From a bacterium UBP13_UBA5359 (GTDB lineage: Bacteria; UBP13; UBA5359), in NCBI GenBank assembly GCA_002410925.1, contig DHPR01000027.1, positions 1-64,000 of the forward strand: 64,000 nucleotides of DNA, read 5' to 3'. The position numbers were made by a program, and so were the translations under genes. The notes beneath the pieces were generated by a model that was given only the letters and a program-made list of their open reading frames with translations, was not told where the DNA came from and did not search any database. The stretch's first letter is position 1. Every line of letters begins with the position of its first letter. Shown here one piece after another: positions 1-9,875 of this stretch.

Positions 1-93
1 CTTCAGATAATATGCCGCCTGCGCTTCATCGGCTATGGCCAGACCGCCGATCAGAAGAGTCACGGCGAATATCATCATCAGATATTTTCGCAA
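1..93 (-). CDS. 5' end of a secreted protein (runs off the window)
   Basis: TTG at 93 after GGGGGAAG; translates MRKYLMMIFAVTLLIGGLAIADEAQAAYYLK, a typical Sec signal peptide with an A-Q-A cleavage site. Confidence 0.7.
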   Translation of the reverse strand, partial: MRKYLMMIFAVTLLIGGLAIADEAQAAYYLK

Positions 94-382
94 CTCGCTT
101 CCCCCTTTAGTAAGCTGTTCGTACCCGGGCTCTGCTTTGTTATAGATTAAGCAGAGCACCACTTCTTAAATACAAAATGCAGAGTGTGAATTTGCGAATC
201 CACCTCTTTGCACTCAAGCGGATGACACTCCCGAGAGCTCAGGTTTCTTATTATGCTTTCTGGCGGGACCTTTGCCTCAAGCACATCTAAAAATGAAAAA
301 CGATACTGAGATCGCCTTTCCCTCAGCAAGCACCAAACCAACAAAACAGCGCAAATTTTACCCCGTAAGAGCCATCTTGGGC

Positions 383-411
383 ATTTTACCATTGTACAAA
401 TACAGTGTCAA
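383..411 (-). promoter_or_regulatory. sigma70-type promoter with extended -10
   Basis: Minus strand TTGACA (406-411), 17 nt, TAAAAT (383-388) preceded by TGn. Confidence 0.65.
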
Positions 412-554
412 ATATTATACAAACATTAACTATTAAGGCGTAATTTCAGCACAGCTTGCTCCGGCTATATTTTTGCAGTATATTCTTTGAATTACAGTAC
501 GGAAGAGAGTAAAGGCTTAAAAGTAAAATAGCAGAAAGAGGGAGGGTAAAGGCA

Positions 555-878
555 TTGAGCAGAGCATTGATAATAGGGATTATTCTTCTGACCATTATGA
601 TAGGAAGCGTAGCAACAGATACGCTGCACTTGATCAGTCTGACTTCACAGCCCTTGCGCATAAGCAAAGGCTATACCTGCACCGTATGCAACGGCATGGG
701 TTTTCTTGAATGCAAAACCTGTAACGGCCTGGGCTATATAATCCGCAGTGAAAAACGCTTTATGTGTCCTTTATGTAATGGAAAAGGGTTTATCTGGTGC
801 CCCAACCGGGCATATCACCATCCCGAACAACTGATAACATCTGATAACAAACCGGATAACCCTTCCAGAGAACGTTGA
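555..878 (+). CDS. Small membrane-anchored or secreted protein with a DnaJ-type CxxCxGxG zinc finger
   Basis: GGAGG RBS; hydrophobic N-terminus; CTVCNGMG, CKTCNGLG, CPLCNGKG, then CPNR..HH. Confidence 0.7.
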   Translation: MSRALIIGIILLTIMIGSVATDTLHLISLTSQPLRISKGYTCTVCNGMGFLECKTCNGLGYIIRSEKRFMCPLCNGKGFIWCPNRAYHHPEQLITSDNKPDNPSRER

Positions 879-905
879 AGTTGTTTGCCGAATTTACCTC
901 TTTGC

Positions 906-1823
906 CTAACTTAAAGCCTTTGTGCCTAAAAAAAGCATTCGCAGCAGGGTGCGTTTTCCAGCTGAAAAACGCCTGGCCGGAGGATACGGATATAGCAGAA
1001 ACGACAGCATGCTTTGAAAAAGAACAGAGAGCACAAGGATATAAAAGTATATCCTTGCATCACGCTCCGATCTATGCTTACGATAGAGATTCAATCTGCC
1101 TTTGGCCAGCAAATAGTGGCGCCTGGATGAATTTATTCCTGCAGAGGAAGCTCTGCCTATATGCAGTACCGGTGCATCCCTGACCACCGCCATACGCCAT
1201 CCGGCTTTGCCGATACGCCAGCTCCATTCCACATCCTCGCCATAAAAGAAGAGCGAGCCATCTAATCCTCCCACCTGGTCCAAAACATCTCTCTTTAACA
1301 TGATACAATAACCGGGGAGTACGGAGGTGATAATTATAGCCGGAAAGCGCTTTATATTACGTGACTTCAATAGAACATTTCCTGAGAATGGCGTTCCCAG
1401 AAGTGCTAATGCATCCCGCCAAAGATTGGGATAAGGCCACCATGTCCTGGCGATAAGACCGTTAGGCCTTACTTCCAGGCCACCCACAGCTCCCATTTCC
1501 GGATCACCATCAAGAACTTCAGCCAACGCCGTCAGGCTGCCTGGGAAAAGAGCAGCATCAGAGTTGAGCAGCATTACAAACCTGCCCTGACTCAGGCTTA
1601 AACCTATATTATTGGCGGCGGCAAAGCCGAGATTGGTCTCTGAACAATATACCTGTGCCCCTAATTGTCGGGCAACTTCAACTGAAGCATCGCTGGAGTT
1701 ATTATCGACAACAATTGTCTCTCCCTCTCGGCCGGAACGCTTTATCTCTGCTTTTACCGACTGCAGGCAGCGATAAAGAAAGGAACACTGATTATAGCTG
1801 ACGACCACTACGGAGTATTCCAT
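906..1823 (-). CDS. GT2 family glycosyltransferase (WbbL/rhamnosyltransferase-like)
   Basis: SVVVVSYN, VVDNNSSD, NLGFAAANN, LLNSD, FFYGEDVEW; start placed at ATG 1823 (ORF track extends to 1877). Confidence 0.9.
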   Translation of the reverse strand: MEYSVVVVSYNQCSFLYRCLQSVKAEIKRSGREGETIVVDNNSSDASVEVARQLGAQVYCSETNLGFAAANNIGLSLSQGRFVMLLNSDAALFPGSLTALAEVLDGDPEMGAVGGLEVRPNGLIARTWWPYPNLWRDALALLGTPFSGNVLLKSRNIKRFPAIIITSVLPGYCIMLKRDVLDQVGGLDGSLFFYGEDVEWSWRIGKAGWRMAVVRDAPVLHIGRASSAGINSSRRHYLLAKGRLNLYRKHRSERDARIYFYILVLSVLFQSMLSFLLYPYPPARRFSAGKRTLLRMLFLGTKALS

Positions 1824-2743
1824 CGTCCGGTCTCCACCTGCCTCATCTTCGTCAAAATACCGTATATATGCGGGCAATGGTGCCTGATCATATATGTCAG
1901 AGCTTTGCCGCTCTCATACACAGCTTGATGAGCAATCAGCCGATAGATGCTTTGCTTCAACTCCAATTTCTGCTTGAGATAACCGTAATGCCTCTGTAAA
2001 AAACGGATATTATTTCGTATGGCCCAGTAACGATACCGCCAAGGACTCTTTCGCCATTGCCCTCCAGCAGTCACTCTCTCCCGAGGCAGATGATAACAGG
2101 CGGTATAAGGAGAAAAATAGAGTTTGTACCCTGCTTTAGCGCACCTGACGTAAAAATCGCTCTCCTCCCGGTATCCATTTACAGGATAATTCTCATCATA
2201 GCGCACTTCATCCCAAACCGCACGCCTGATTAAGCTGCAAGCATGCAACAGAATAAACGGTATCTCCTCATTCCATTTCAGCGATAGATCTCCAATCAAC
2301 AGATTGGAGTTGAGAAGCCGCCCACGGCGTGCGTCGGCCCTGGCCAGCGCCTCGCTATCGCTCTCTCCCTGCAGCAGATATATCAAGCGGCCGGCTACGA
2401 CATCGGCATCATATCTTACGGCACAATCGTACAACACACCGGCATAATCGGGAGAAAACCTTAAATCATCCTCTCCGAAAAGTATATACTCTCCTTTTGC
2501 CGCAGCTGCACCGCTGTTTCTACAGGCAGGTGCACCCCTACGCTCTTGATGACGGATAATTCTAAGCTCCTTCCGCTGCCGGCTGAGCTCTGCCAGCATG
2601 GCAGGGGTTTCATCAGTTCCGGCATCATCGACTACAATAATTTCCCTGCAACCCTGCTCCAGGTAGGAAGCAAGCGTAACGGCAAGAATAGCGCCCCTGT
2701 TATGCGTAGGAATTATTATACTTATCTGCTCAAGTTCTGCCAT
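1808..2743 (-). CDS. GT2 family glycosyltransferase
   Basis: SIIIPTHNR, IIVVDDAGTD, GAPACRNSG, GEDD, YREESDF. Confidence 0.9.
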   Translation of the reverse strand: MAELEQISIIIPTHNRGAILAVTLASYLEQGCREIIVVDDAGTDETPAMLAELSRQRKELRIIRHQERRGAPACRNSGAAAAKGEYILFGEDDLRFSPDYAGVLYDCAVRYDADVVAGRLIYLLQGESDSEALARADARRGRLLNSNLLIGDLSLKWNEEIPFILLHACSLIRRAVWDEVRYDENYPVNGYREESDFYVRCAKAGYKLYFSPYTACYHLPRERVTAGGQWRKSPWRYRYWAIRNNIRFLQRHYGYLKQKLELKQSIYRLIAHQAVYESGKALTYMIRHHCPHIYGILTKMRQVETGRWNTP

Positions 2744-3855
2744 AACAACTCTTCCTCTATTCTATGCCGCAGCTTTCCCATCAGAGCATCCTCTGAAAAA
2801 AGCCCCGCCACCATATCGTATCTCTCCCGGTAAACGGATTTACCTTCATGAAGAGCCTCTATCAAAGCTCTCGGAAAATTATCGATATCGGCTATCCTGA
2901 CCCCCGGCAGATCGGAGGGAATACCCTCCATTCCTTTGGCCGTAGATACCACCGGCTTGCCGCAGGCCAGAGCCTCTATAGTTTTGATCCGCATGCCTCC
3001 ACCCTCCAGCACCGGCACCATGACCAGATTGGCCCGTTGCCAGTAAGGCAGCACATTCTCCACAAAGCCGGGAAATTCCATCTGCGGATGCTTTATATCC
3101 TGAGGAGGATTGGCGCCGACAAACTGGAAACGCACCTCCGGCATTTCTACCAAAACCTTCTCCACTATCCGTTCCCTGGCAAGATATACAGCCTGACGGT
3201 TACCGGGATTATTGTAATTGCCAACAAAGAGTACTATGGGCGGTTCAACCGGAGGATCATCATAGAAGGGGTTCATCACGCTCTCATCAAAGCCGCCGGG
3301 TATGGTCATTAACTTATCCGTCCAGCGGCCGAAAACGACACCATCTTCATCTGTAATAGCCACGGTCAGCAAGGCATCCTTGCATCCTGAGCGCTCCCAC
3401 CAGTAAACATATGGAACCAGAGGAAAACGGCGCCAGTCCCTTTTCCCGAAATCTATATAACGCTTATATTCTACATTATGCGTAGAATATACATAGGGAA
3501 TACCGTAACGTTGCTTTAACATGCGGGCATAAATGCTGCTGTTGCTGAAATCGGCGAACACAAAGTCAACCTTTTCCCGCTCTGCAATAGCGGCTGCTCG
3601 CCTGCACATATTCGGCTCATAAATAAAGAAACCTTTGTCGCTATAAGAGATGCGCTCTACGCTCCTTACTCTTTCTGGAATGAAGGCCTTTTGTCTGATA
3701 TTTGAGCGTTTCGGATCATGTCCAAAGCCCTCCATAAAGAGCAGATGCACATCGTAGTGTCTGGACAGATATTTGAGCAGAGATGCCCCTCTGATGGATG
3801 AGCCGGTCCCTGGAACGGTCATATCGTAAGTAGCTATGTATAATACCCTCCGCAT
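2722..3855 (-). CDS. GT4 family glycosyltransferase
   Basis: HNVE, FVGNYNNPGN, GGGMRIKTIEALACGKPVVST. Confidence 0.9.
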   Translation of the reverse strand: MRRVLYIATYDMTVPGTGSSIRGASLLKYLSRHYDVHLLFMEGFGHDPKRSNIRQKAFIPERVRSVERISYSDKGFFIYEPNMCRRAAAIAEREKVDFVFADFSNSSIYARMLKQRYGIPYVYSTHNVEYKRYIDFGKRDWRRFPLVPYVYWWERSGCKDALLTVAITDEDGVVFGRWTDKLMTIPGGFDESVMNPFYDDPPVEPPIVLFVGNYNNPGNRQAVYLARERIVEKVLVEMPEVRFQFVGANPPQDIKHPQMEFPGFVENVLPYWQRANLVMVPVLEGGGMRIKTIEALACGKPVVSTAKGMEGIPSDLPGVRIADIDNFPRALIEALHEGKSVYRERYDMVAGLFSEDALMGKLRHRIEEELLWQNLSR

Positions 3856-3870
3856 TCTTTATCGCCCCTA

Positions 3871-4635
3871 TCAGGATGAAGCTTCAGCCTTCCCGTTTCT
3901 CCTGTCTCTAATAACTCTGGCCGGCATTCCTATAGCAATGGAGTAAGGCGGTATATCTCTGGTCACCACAGCACCGGCTCCGATAATTGAGCCACTGCCG
4001 ATGGTCAGTCCATCCATGACTTTTACCCCGGCCCCCAGCCAGACGTCATCACCTATTATCAAATCCCGCACCTTCTGTCCCTGTGCCATAATGGGAATAT
4101 CCGTCCTGTCATGGCAATGAGAACCACCGCCGATAAGATAGCAATATGGGGCAATCAACACATTAGTGCCTATTACCACTCTCTTGGAAGATTGTATAAA
4201 GCAGTTCATGGCGATATTTGTATTATCGCCTATCTCCATATCTCCATTTTTACAACTAAGAACTGTAGCCCGCCCGATGATAACATTATCGCCTATGCTG
4301 ATACCCCGGTTCTCACTCCCCTTGGCGTCCAGAACGGTATAATCATCACAATAAACGCTGTTTCCCAAATATATCTTCTGCGGATGCCTGACAACCATAT
4401 CGCGTCCAAAGAAGACTTTGCGTCCCACCCGCGCAAAGAGACCGGGATAGAGGCGCGAGCGCAAAAAGAAACCGACGGCACCGGGAAGAGAGCAGCAGAG
4501 CGCCAGAAATATTTCGTATTTAAGAAGTCCGACTAATCCAACATGGCCCGTTACCATCTCCTTATAGTTGGCAAGCGGAGAACGGCAGCTATCGGTCAAT
4601 CTGGTTTGCAATTCAGTCTTTCCGGTGAAGCTCAC
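3871..4635 (-). CDS. Hexapeptide-repeat (left-handed beta-helix) O-acyltransferase
   Basis: IGDNVIIG/IGDNTNIA repeats, IGDDVWLGAGV, GAGAVVTRDIPPYSIAIGMPARVI. Confidence 0.9.
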   Translation of the reverse strand: MSFTGKTELQTRLTDSCRSPLANYKEMVTGHVGLVGLLKYEIFLALCCSLPGAVGFFLRSRLYPGLFARVGRKVFFGRDMVVRHPQKIYLGNSVYCDDYTVLDAKGSENRGISIGDNVIIGRATVLSCKNGDMEIGDNTNIAMNCFIQSSKRVVIGTNVLIAPYCYLIGGGSHCHDRTDIPIMAQGQKVRDLIIGDDVWLGAGVKVMDGLTIGSGSIIGAGAVVTRDIPPYSIAIGMPARVIRDRRNGKAEASS

Positions 4636-5408
4636 TCTTTTATTCCCTCCATGTAAATGACATAGCCGGGCATACCGGGCAACAAGAGGTCAAAAGCACT
4701 GATAAATCGAAGCAACGGCAATACAGTCTTATAGAGGACGACCACTCCCCCTCCTCTATCCAGAGATTCTCTGCCGGAGGGGCGATAATCGTTATAGCCT
4801 TCAGCGCCCTTGATATGTATGTAAGCAGCATTGACCATAAGCTCTATGGCTTCGGTAAATAAACGAGAATAGCTGCCGCGCCTCATGGGAGTAAAGCCAC
4901 AGGAAATCATGATCTTCTGCAGATTCTGCAAAGTATAGCCCGGGCGATAATGTCCATAGCGATCCATAGTCAATCCCAGCCTCTCCTTCAGCATATTCAA
5001 AGGCAGCCCGCATCCATTGGCCGGAGTCAGCACCAGCAATCCGCCCTCAGGTCTAAGTATCCTGCAGCACTCTCTGAATACCGCCATATCATCGCTGACA
5101 TGCTCGGGACGAGAGAGAAGAATAAAATCGAAGCTGGCATCCGGCCAGGGAAGAGAGTTGTTTTCCAACATAACAACATCTTCTCCCAACAGCTCCCGGC
5201 TGGGGCCAAGCCAGCGGCTCTCAAGGCAAGCTGCATGCCACTCTCCGCCCTTGATACGACGCAAATAGTCAGCCAATACGCCGGTCTCCGCCCCAATCTC
5301 CAAGCATCGCAAATCACTCAGATCAGGTACCAGCTTTCGAAGCAGATGTAGCTTGGCTCCCTTCTTTATCGACATAGATGATAGCTTATGCTGCCAGGCC
5401 TCTTTCAA
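4632..5408 (-). CDS. Class I SAM-dependent methyltransferase
   Basis: CLEIGAETG, LPWPDASFD, RILRPEGGLLVLTP, GHYRPGY. Confidence 0.8.
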   Translation of the reverse strand: MKEAWQHKLSSMSIKKGAKLHLLRKLVPDLSDLRCLEIGAETGVLADYLRRIKGGEWHAACLESRWLGPSRELLGEDVVMLENNSLPWPDASFDFILLSRPEHVSDDMAVFRECCRILRPEGGLLVLTPANGCGLPLNMLKERLGLTMDRYGHYRPGYTLQNLQKIMISCGFTPMRRGSYSRLFTEAIELMVNAAYIHIKGAEGYNDYRPSGRESLDRGGGVVVLYKTVLPLLRFISAFDLLLPGMPGYVIYMEGIKE

Positions 5409-5453
5409 GTCCGTTGATCCTCCCTGTAACCGGTTTCTTCAGTAGAAAGAGGG

Positions 5454-6464
5454 TCATTTAGCCCTCCCGATCAATCGTCTTAACTTTCCATAGCCCAGAA
5501 ACTGCTCGGCTAAAAAGGCGCCCAGATTCAAGCGAGGCAAGCCCGCTATAACCTCACGCCATAGCAGGTCACAATTTCTGCAAATATCCACCTTTTCAGG
5601 ATGCCTGCCGCCCACAGCACGCCTGATAGCCATTATCCGGCGAGAGTTCCAGGCATGTATCAATGGCATATCTTCAATATTGCCCAGTGTTTCCCTGAAA
5701 TACCAATCCTGCGGACAAGGAGAGATGGCTCCATCCCAACCGATAACCATAGCATACCAGATGTTGCTGCAGGGTACGTAGGAGTGGTTTTTCCTTCTTG
5801 CGCCCAGCTCTATATGGCCTCCCCAGTTATGCATAGCCTTTATTCGGAAGAGATCCACCGGCAGCCCTCTGAAATTGGATAGAAATTCGCTCTTTTTCTG
5901 CTCCAGCCCATGCTCTCCCATGTCAAGTGCCTCTATCATGGTAATCGGGCCGCGTTTCCGGCGGGCTCTAGCCTCCAGGAAGCCAACAATGCGACAGATG
6001 GTATCATTAAAATCCGCTCCCCGGCGCACTTTCTCATAGCTCTCTCTTTCCAGGCCATCAAAGGAGAAGGAGATAAAATCCAAACCGGCATCTATCAAAT
6101 CGCCTGCCAGATCCTGCGTCATTAAGGTGCCATTGGTATTGAGCCGCACAGCCACTCCCTGTGAATGTGCGTAAGCCACCATTCTGACGATATCGGGATG
6201 CAGTAGCGCTTCTCCCCTGTGACAAAGATGGATATCATTGACCATACCCGCTACCTGATCGATGATCTCTTTGAATTGGTTGAGCAGCATGAAGCCTCTT
6301 GGCAACGGTTCACCATTGCCGTTGGGGCACATGACGCATTTGAGATTACAATAGTTGGTGGGTTCTACCCAGAGACGCAGAGGATAATAATGGCAAAATT
6401 GCACCCCCTGTTTGTATGACCTCCAGGCCCGATAGAGCCTCTTCCCTCTAAGCATCAAGGACAT
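5454..6464 (-). CDS. Radical SAM protein with SPASM/twitch domain
   Basis: EPTNYCNLKCVMCP (CxxxCxxC), GEALLHP, NTNG, C-terminal CSNIW..DG.ISPC..LGNI..CRNC; start ATG 6464 overlaps the upstream TAA (TAATG). Confidence 0.88.
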   Translation of the reverse strand: MSLMLRGKRLYRAWRSYKQGVQFCHYYPLRLWVEPTNYCNLKCVMCPNGNGEPLPRGFMLLNQFKEIIDQVAGMVNDIHLCHRGEALLHPDIVRMVAYAHSQGVAVRLNTNGTLMTQDLAGDLIDAGLDFISFSFDGLERESYEKVRRGADFNDTICRIVGFLEARARRKRGPITMIEALDMGEHGLEQKKSEFLSNFRGLPVDLFRIKAMHNWGGHIELGARRKNHSYVPCSNIWYAMVIGWDGAISPCPQDWYFRETLGNIEDMPLIHAWNSRRIMAIRRAVGGRHPEKVDICRNCDLLWREVIAGLPRLNLGAFLAEQFLGYGKLRRLIGRAK

Positions 6465-7543
6465 TATCCCACCACCTTTCTCCATAGATGCCTGGCTGTT
6501 CGCCCGCCTATCAGCGAATACCAGGCTCCTCGTCGGGCCGCATCCACCATGATATTCAGCGGCGCTATGCAATCAAACCAGCAAATCGGATGACGATTGC
6601 ATCGAACACGTTTCCGTACCAACTCGGCTTCTTTGGAAAACCAGAGGTTCCTGAAAGAATCCTGCATCAGATTGCCGATCCTGTGAAAAGCAGCCGGGCA
6701 GGGATGAAGATCACCATTGGGCATAATGCTGGCAATAGAGTAACCTGCGACACATCTATAACGATAAAGATTTTCGGGAGATTTAATATACTCTCCCATG
6801 GTCTTTATATACTCATTATCATACGGAATCAGTCCCGGATAGCGTCTCTTTATTTCTATCAGACGTCGGTTAAAATCCTCTGCCTCGGATGCACTAAGGA
6901 GCACATCTTTAGAAGGGCCGTAGCTCTCTACATCCTGGACTATAGACATAGTCCAGCCGTCAAGATCGAACGAGCGGCAAACTTCCGCCAGCTTTTCAAG
7001 ATCGCTTAAATTACGATTATTGATAGTGGAATTGACAAATACCCGCATACCATATCTATACCTTGCCCGCTTGAGCGCCTCGATAGCCTGCAAAGCCTTC
7101 TGATAGCTGCCCTTGACAACTCTGATACCATCGTTGATTTGCTCAGTCGATCCGTCCAGAGAGATATAGATGGCATTTAAGCCGACTCTTCCTAACTCCA
7201 TTGCCGTTCTATTATCTATCAGGGTTCCATTGCTGTTAACAGAGCATTTCATACCTACCCGCCTGGTAAAGCTTATCAACTCCGACATATCCGGGCGCAG
7301 CATGGTTTCTCCACCTGAGTAAGAGATATGCATCGTTCCCAGACGCGACGCCTGCCATATAACCGCCTTGGCCTGCCCCGTTTTCAATTCTTCTTTGGAT
7401 GGATTACGCCATAGGCTGCAATTAAGGCAGCGTGAATTACAGCGATGTGTTATCTCCCAGAGTATCTTCACCGGCCCGGCCAACGGCTCATTGCCGCCGC
7501 GAGCAAAATGAAGATGATTCTTGATCTGCCTGTATATCCGCAC
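6464..7543 (-). CDS. Radical SAM protein with SPASM-type domain
   Basis: WEITHRCNSRCLNC, SGGETMLR, SNG, ISLDG, CVAG..NGDLHPC..IGNL..CWFDC. Confidence 0.88.
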   Translation of the reverse strand: MRIYRQIKNHLHFARGGNEPLAGPVKILWEITHRCNSRCLNCSLWRNPSKEELKTGQAKAVIWQASRLGTMHISYSGGETMLRPDMSELISFTRRVGMKCSVNSNGTLIDNRTAMELGRVGLNAIYISLDGSTEQINDGIRVVKGSYQKALQAIEALKRARYRYGMRVFVNSTINNRNLSDLEKLAEVCRSFDLDGWTMSIVQDVESYGPSKDVLLSASEAEDFNRRLIEIKRRYPGLIPYDNEYIKTMGEYIKSPENLYRYRCVAGYSIASIMPNGDLHPCPAAFHRIGNLMQDSFRNLWFSKEAELVRKRVRCNRHPICWFDCIAPLNIMVDAARRGAWYSLIGGRTARHLWRKVVG

Positions 7544-7562
7544 AACACCCTCCTTGAATATT

Positions 7563-8735
7563 TCACCTCTCGTTTCTCAAAACAGACGGCCTCAAAGCGC
7601 TATATGCCTCCAGCAATTTGCGTTCAAAGCCCTGAGAAGTGTACTTCTCCCTGACCAAACTTTCCGCTCTGGCTGCCCTGCGTTCTGCTCCGGCATTATC
7701 GGTCAGTGCCTTTGCCAGCCCTTCAGCCAACGATGCGGCATCGATGGCGCAGATAAAAGCGCTCTTTTCATCCAGTACAGCCGTATGTGCACCGATATCC
7801 GTAGCTACTATGGGTTTGCCGGAAGACATGTACGTATAAATTTTATACGGTATGTTATCCCCTATGCGCCGCGGCGATACCAGCACCTCGGAGACAGCCA
7901 GATATGCTTTTAGCTCCCTCGGATCTCGTATTCCCAGCAACATCACGCTATCTCCCAGCCCCAGAGCATCCGATAGCGCTTTCATGCTGCGCACCTGCTC
8001 CTTGCGTCCTCCAATGATTATGCACCGGGCTTCAGGCACCGCTGCAAGCACCGCCGGCATAGCCTTTATCAGAAGGTCTACTCCCTGGTAATGCTCCAGT
8101 GAACCGGCATAGGTAATAATCCGTGCATCTTCAAACACCTCTGCCGGATATATATGAACAGGAGACTCTTTGTCAGCCTCATCAAGAGGGATATCTTCCA
8201 CTATAGCTACTTTAGCTGTACGACACATCTTTTCAGCCTCATCTGCCAAGCGTCTGCCAATGGTCAAAATCAGCGTACTCTTCCGCACTGCCCACCGCTC
8301 TATACTTCTAGCCAGCGGAGCAACAAAAGCATAGCCCCTGGTGGCGGATATCTGTTCCGACAGGAGAGAATCCATATCATAGACCACCGGTTTCTTCAGC
8401 AGCACACCCAGGACTACCGCAATAAAAGCAGCCTCTTCGACACCATGTATACAATCATAATCCTCATGCAAGGCCTGACGTGAGGCGACATATGACAGAC
8501 AGAGATCAAAGATTATCTTCCGCACAGATAAACCTATTCCCACCTCTTTTACAGGAATAATCCTGGGAATTCTGATGATTCGAAGATTTTCCATCTCTAT
8601 ATCGCATCCTATGGGATAAGTGACCAAATCCACTCTGTATCCACGGCCGCATAAAACCTTGATCATATTACGAATCGCCAACGGCGTTCCTCTGATCTCG
8701 AAAAACGGCTGCGGCGCTAAAAGAAGTATTCTCAT
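7563..8735 (-). CDS. GT4 family glycosyltransferase
   Basis: APQPFFEIRGTP, YAGSLEHYQGVDLL, PYKIYTYMSSGKPIVAT. Confidence 0.9.
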   Translation of the reverse strand: MRILLLAPQPFFEIRGTPLAIRNMIKVLCGRGYRVDLVTYPIGCDIEMENLRIIRIPRIIPVKEVGIGLSVRKIIFDLCLSYVASRQALHEDYDCIHGVEEAAFIAVVLGVLLKKPVVYDMDSLLSEQISATRGYAFVAPLARSIERWAVRKSTLILTIGRRLADEAEKMCRTAKVAIVEDIPLDEADKESPVHIYPAEVFEDARIITYAGSLEHYQGVDLLIKAMPAVLAAVPEARCIIIGGRKEQVRSMKALSDALGLGDSVMLLGIRDPRELKAYLAVSEVLVSPRRIGDNIPYKIYTYMSSGKPIVATDIGAHTAVLDEKSAFICAIDAASLAEGLAKALTDNAGAERRAARAESLVREKYTSQGFERKLLEAYSALRPSVLRNER

Positions 8736-9739
8736 TCTTCACGCCCCGCTATCTCTCTGACAACGTATATAGGCTTGTTTTGTCCTTCATGATAGGTACG
8801 AACAATCAGCTCTCCCAGAAGGCCGATGGAGATGAATTGTATACCGACAAAGATCAGCACTATGAACATAAGCAACAAAGGCCGTCCTCCGATGCCGATA
8901 TTATATATAACCTTCAAAACCGTCATGTATAATCCACCGATAATTCCTAAAGAGGACGCGAGTATACCGAAGAGACCGAATACCTGCATCGGACGCGTAG
9001 AGGAAGTCAAAATAAATTTGACCGTTATCAGATCGAGCAGCACTCTGATCGTTCTGGAGAGGCCATATTTGGACTTGCCGGCCTGTCGAGGATGATGCTG
9101 TACCTTTATCTCCGCTACCCGCACCCCCATCCAGCCTGCCAGGGCAGGAATAAAACGGTGCAGTTCACCGTAAAGATGAACATTCTTGATTATCTCCGCG
9201 CGATATGCCTTAAGTGTGCAGCCGTAATCATGCAAAGCCACTCCGGTCAGCCTGGAGATGAGATAGTTAGCCACCATTGACGGCAGCCGTCTGGTAATAA
9301 ATTTATCTTGCCGTTTCTCTCTCCAACCGCTGACGACATCATAGCCCTCCTTCAACTTATCAAGCAATCGTGGTATATCAGCAGGATCGTTCTGCAGATC
9401 TCCATCCAAAGTAATGATTACCTCTCCTCTGGCATAATCGAAACCGGCGGTCATAGCGGCCGTCTGGCCGAAATTTCGACGCAGACATATAACACGCCAT
9501 CGCCCGTTTTTATGTGCGATGGAACGCAACATATCAAAGCTGCCGTCGCTGCTGCCGTCATCAACGGCAATCACCTCAGCCTCCATACCAGCGAGCCCTT
9601 TTTCCAGCGAATGATATAAGGAAGCGATATTCTCGCTCTCGTTATATATAGGAATCACTACGGATAAAAAGGGACGGCCTATCCGCGTTCTCTTTAATCC
9701 CATATTGTCAGCCATTGCCTGTTGCATTGCTAACCTCAC
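8732..9739 (-). CDS. GT2 polyprenyl-phosphate glycosyltransferase (ArnC/GtrB-like)
   Basis: SVVIPIYNE, VDDGSSDGS, RRNFGQTAA, DGDLQNDP, HDYGCTLKAYR, two C-terminal TM helices; start uncertain. Confidence 0.9.
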   Translation of the reverse strand: MRLAMQQAMADNMGLKRTRIGRPFLSVVIPIYNESENIASLYHSLEKGLAGMEAEVIAVDDGSSDGSFDMLRSIAHKNGRWRVICLRRNFGQTAAMTAGFDYARGEVIITLDGDLQNDPADIPRLLDKLKEGYDVVSGWREKRQDKFITRRLPSMVANYLISRLTGVALHDYGCTLKAYRAEIIKNVHLYGELHRFIPALAGWMGVRVAEIKVQHHPRQAGKSKYGLSRTIRVLLDLITVKFILTSSTRPMQVFGLFGILASSLGIIGGLYMTVLKVIYNIGIGGRPLLLMFIVLIFVGIQFISIGLLGELIVRTYHEGQNKPIYVVREIAGREE

Positions 9740-9875
9740 AGAGAGGATTTAAGAAATATTCACGTCTGAGGTATCCTTGGTATGCCTTCAATCTGTCAAT
9801 ACTGCTTCAATCTTTATGCTACCGGTCTACGCTCAGGCGTTCGCCCACATTTCTTAGACTTTCAAACCGCAAATA

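Noticed and set aside
94-380. c-di-GMP-I or c-di-AMP riboswitch call
   Set aside because: GCAAAG-like words are present but the conserved cores and stem order could not be matched; left as an unassigned structured leader
147-392. 81-aa minus-strand ORF
   Set aside because: Its start overlaps the predicted -10 element, it has no RBS and an atypical composition; more likely untranslated leader
5454-7543. RiPP maturase interpretation of the rSAM/SPASM pair
   Set aside because: No precursor peptide, RRE/PqqD domain, peptidase or peptide exporter nearby; context is entirely glycan synthesis
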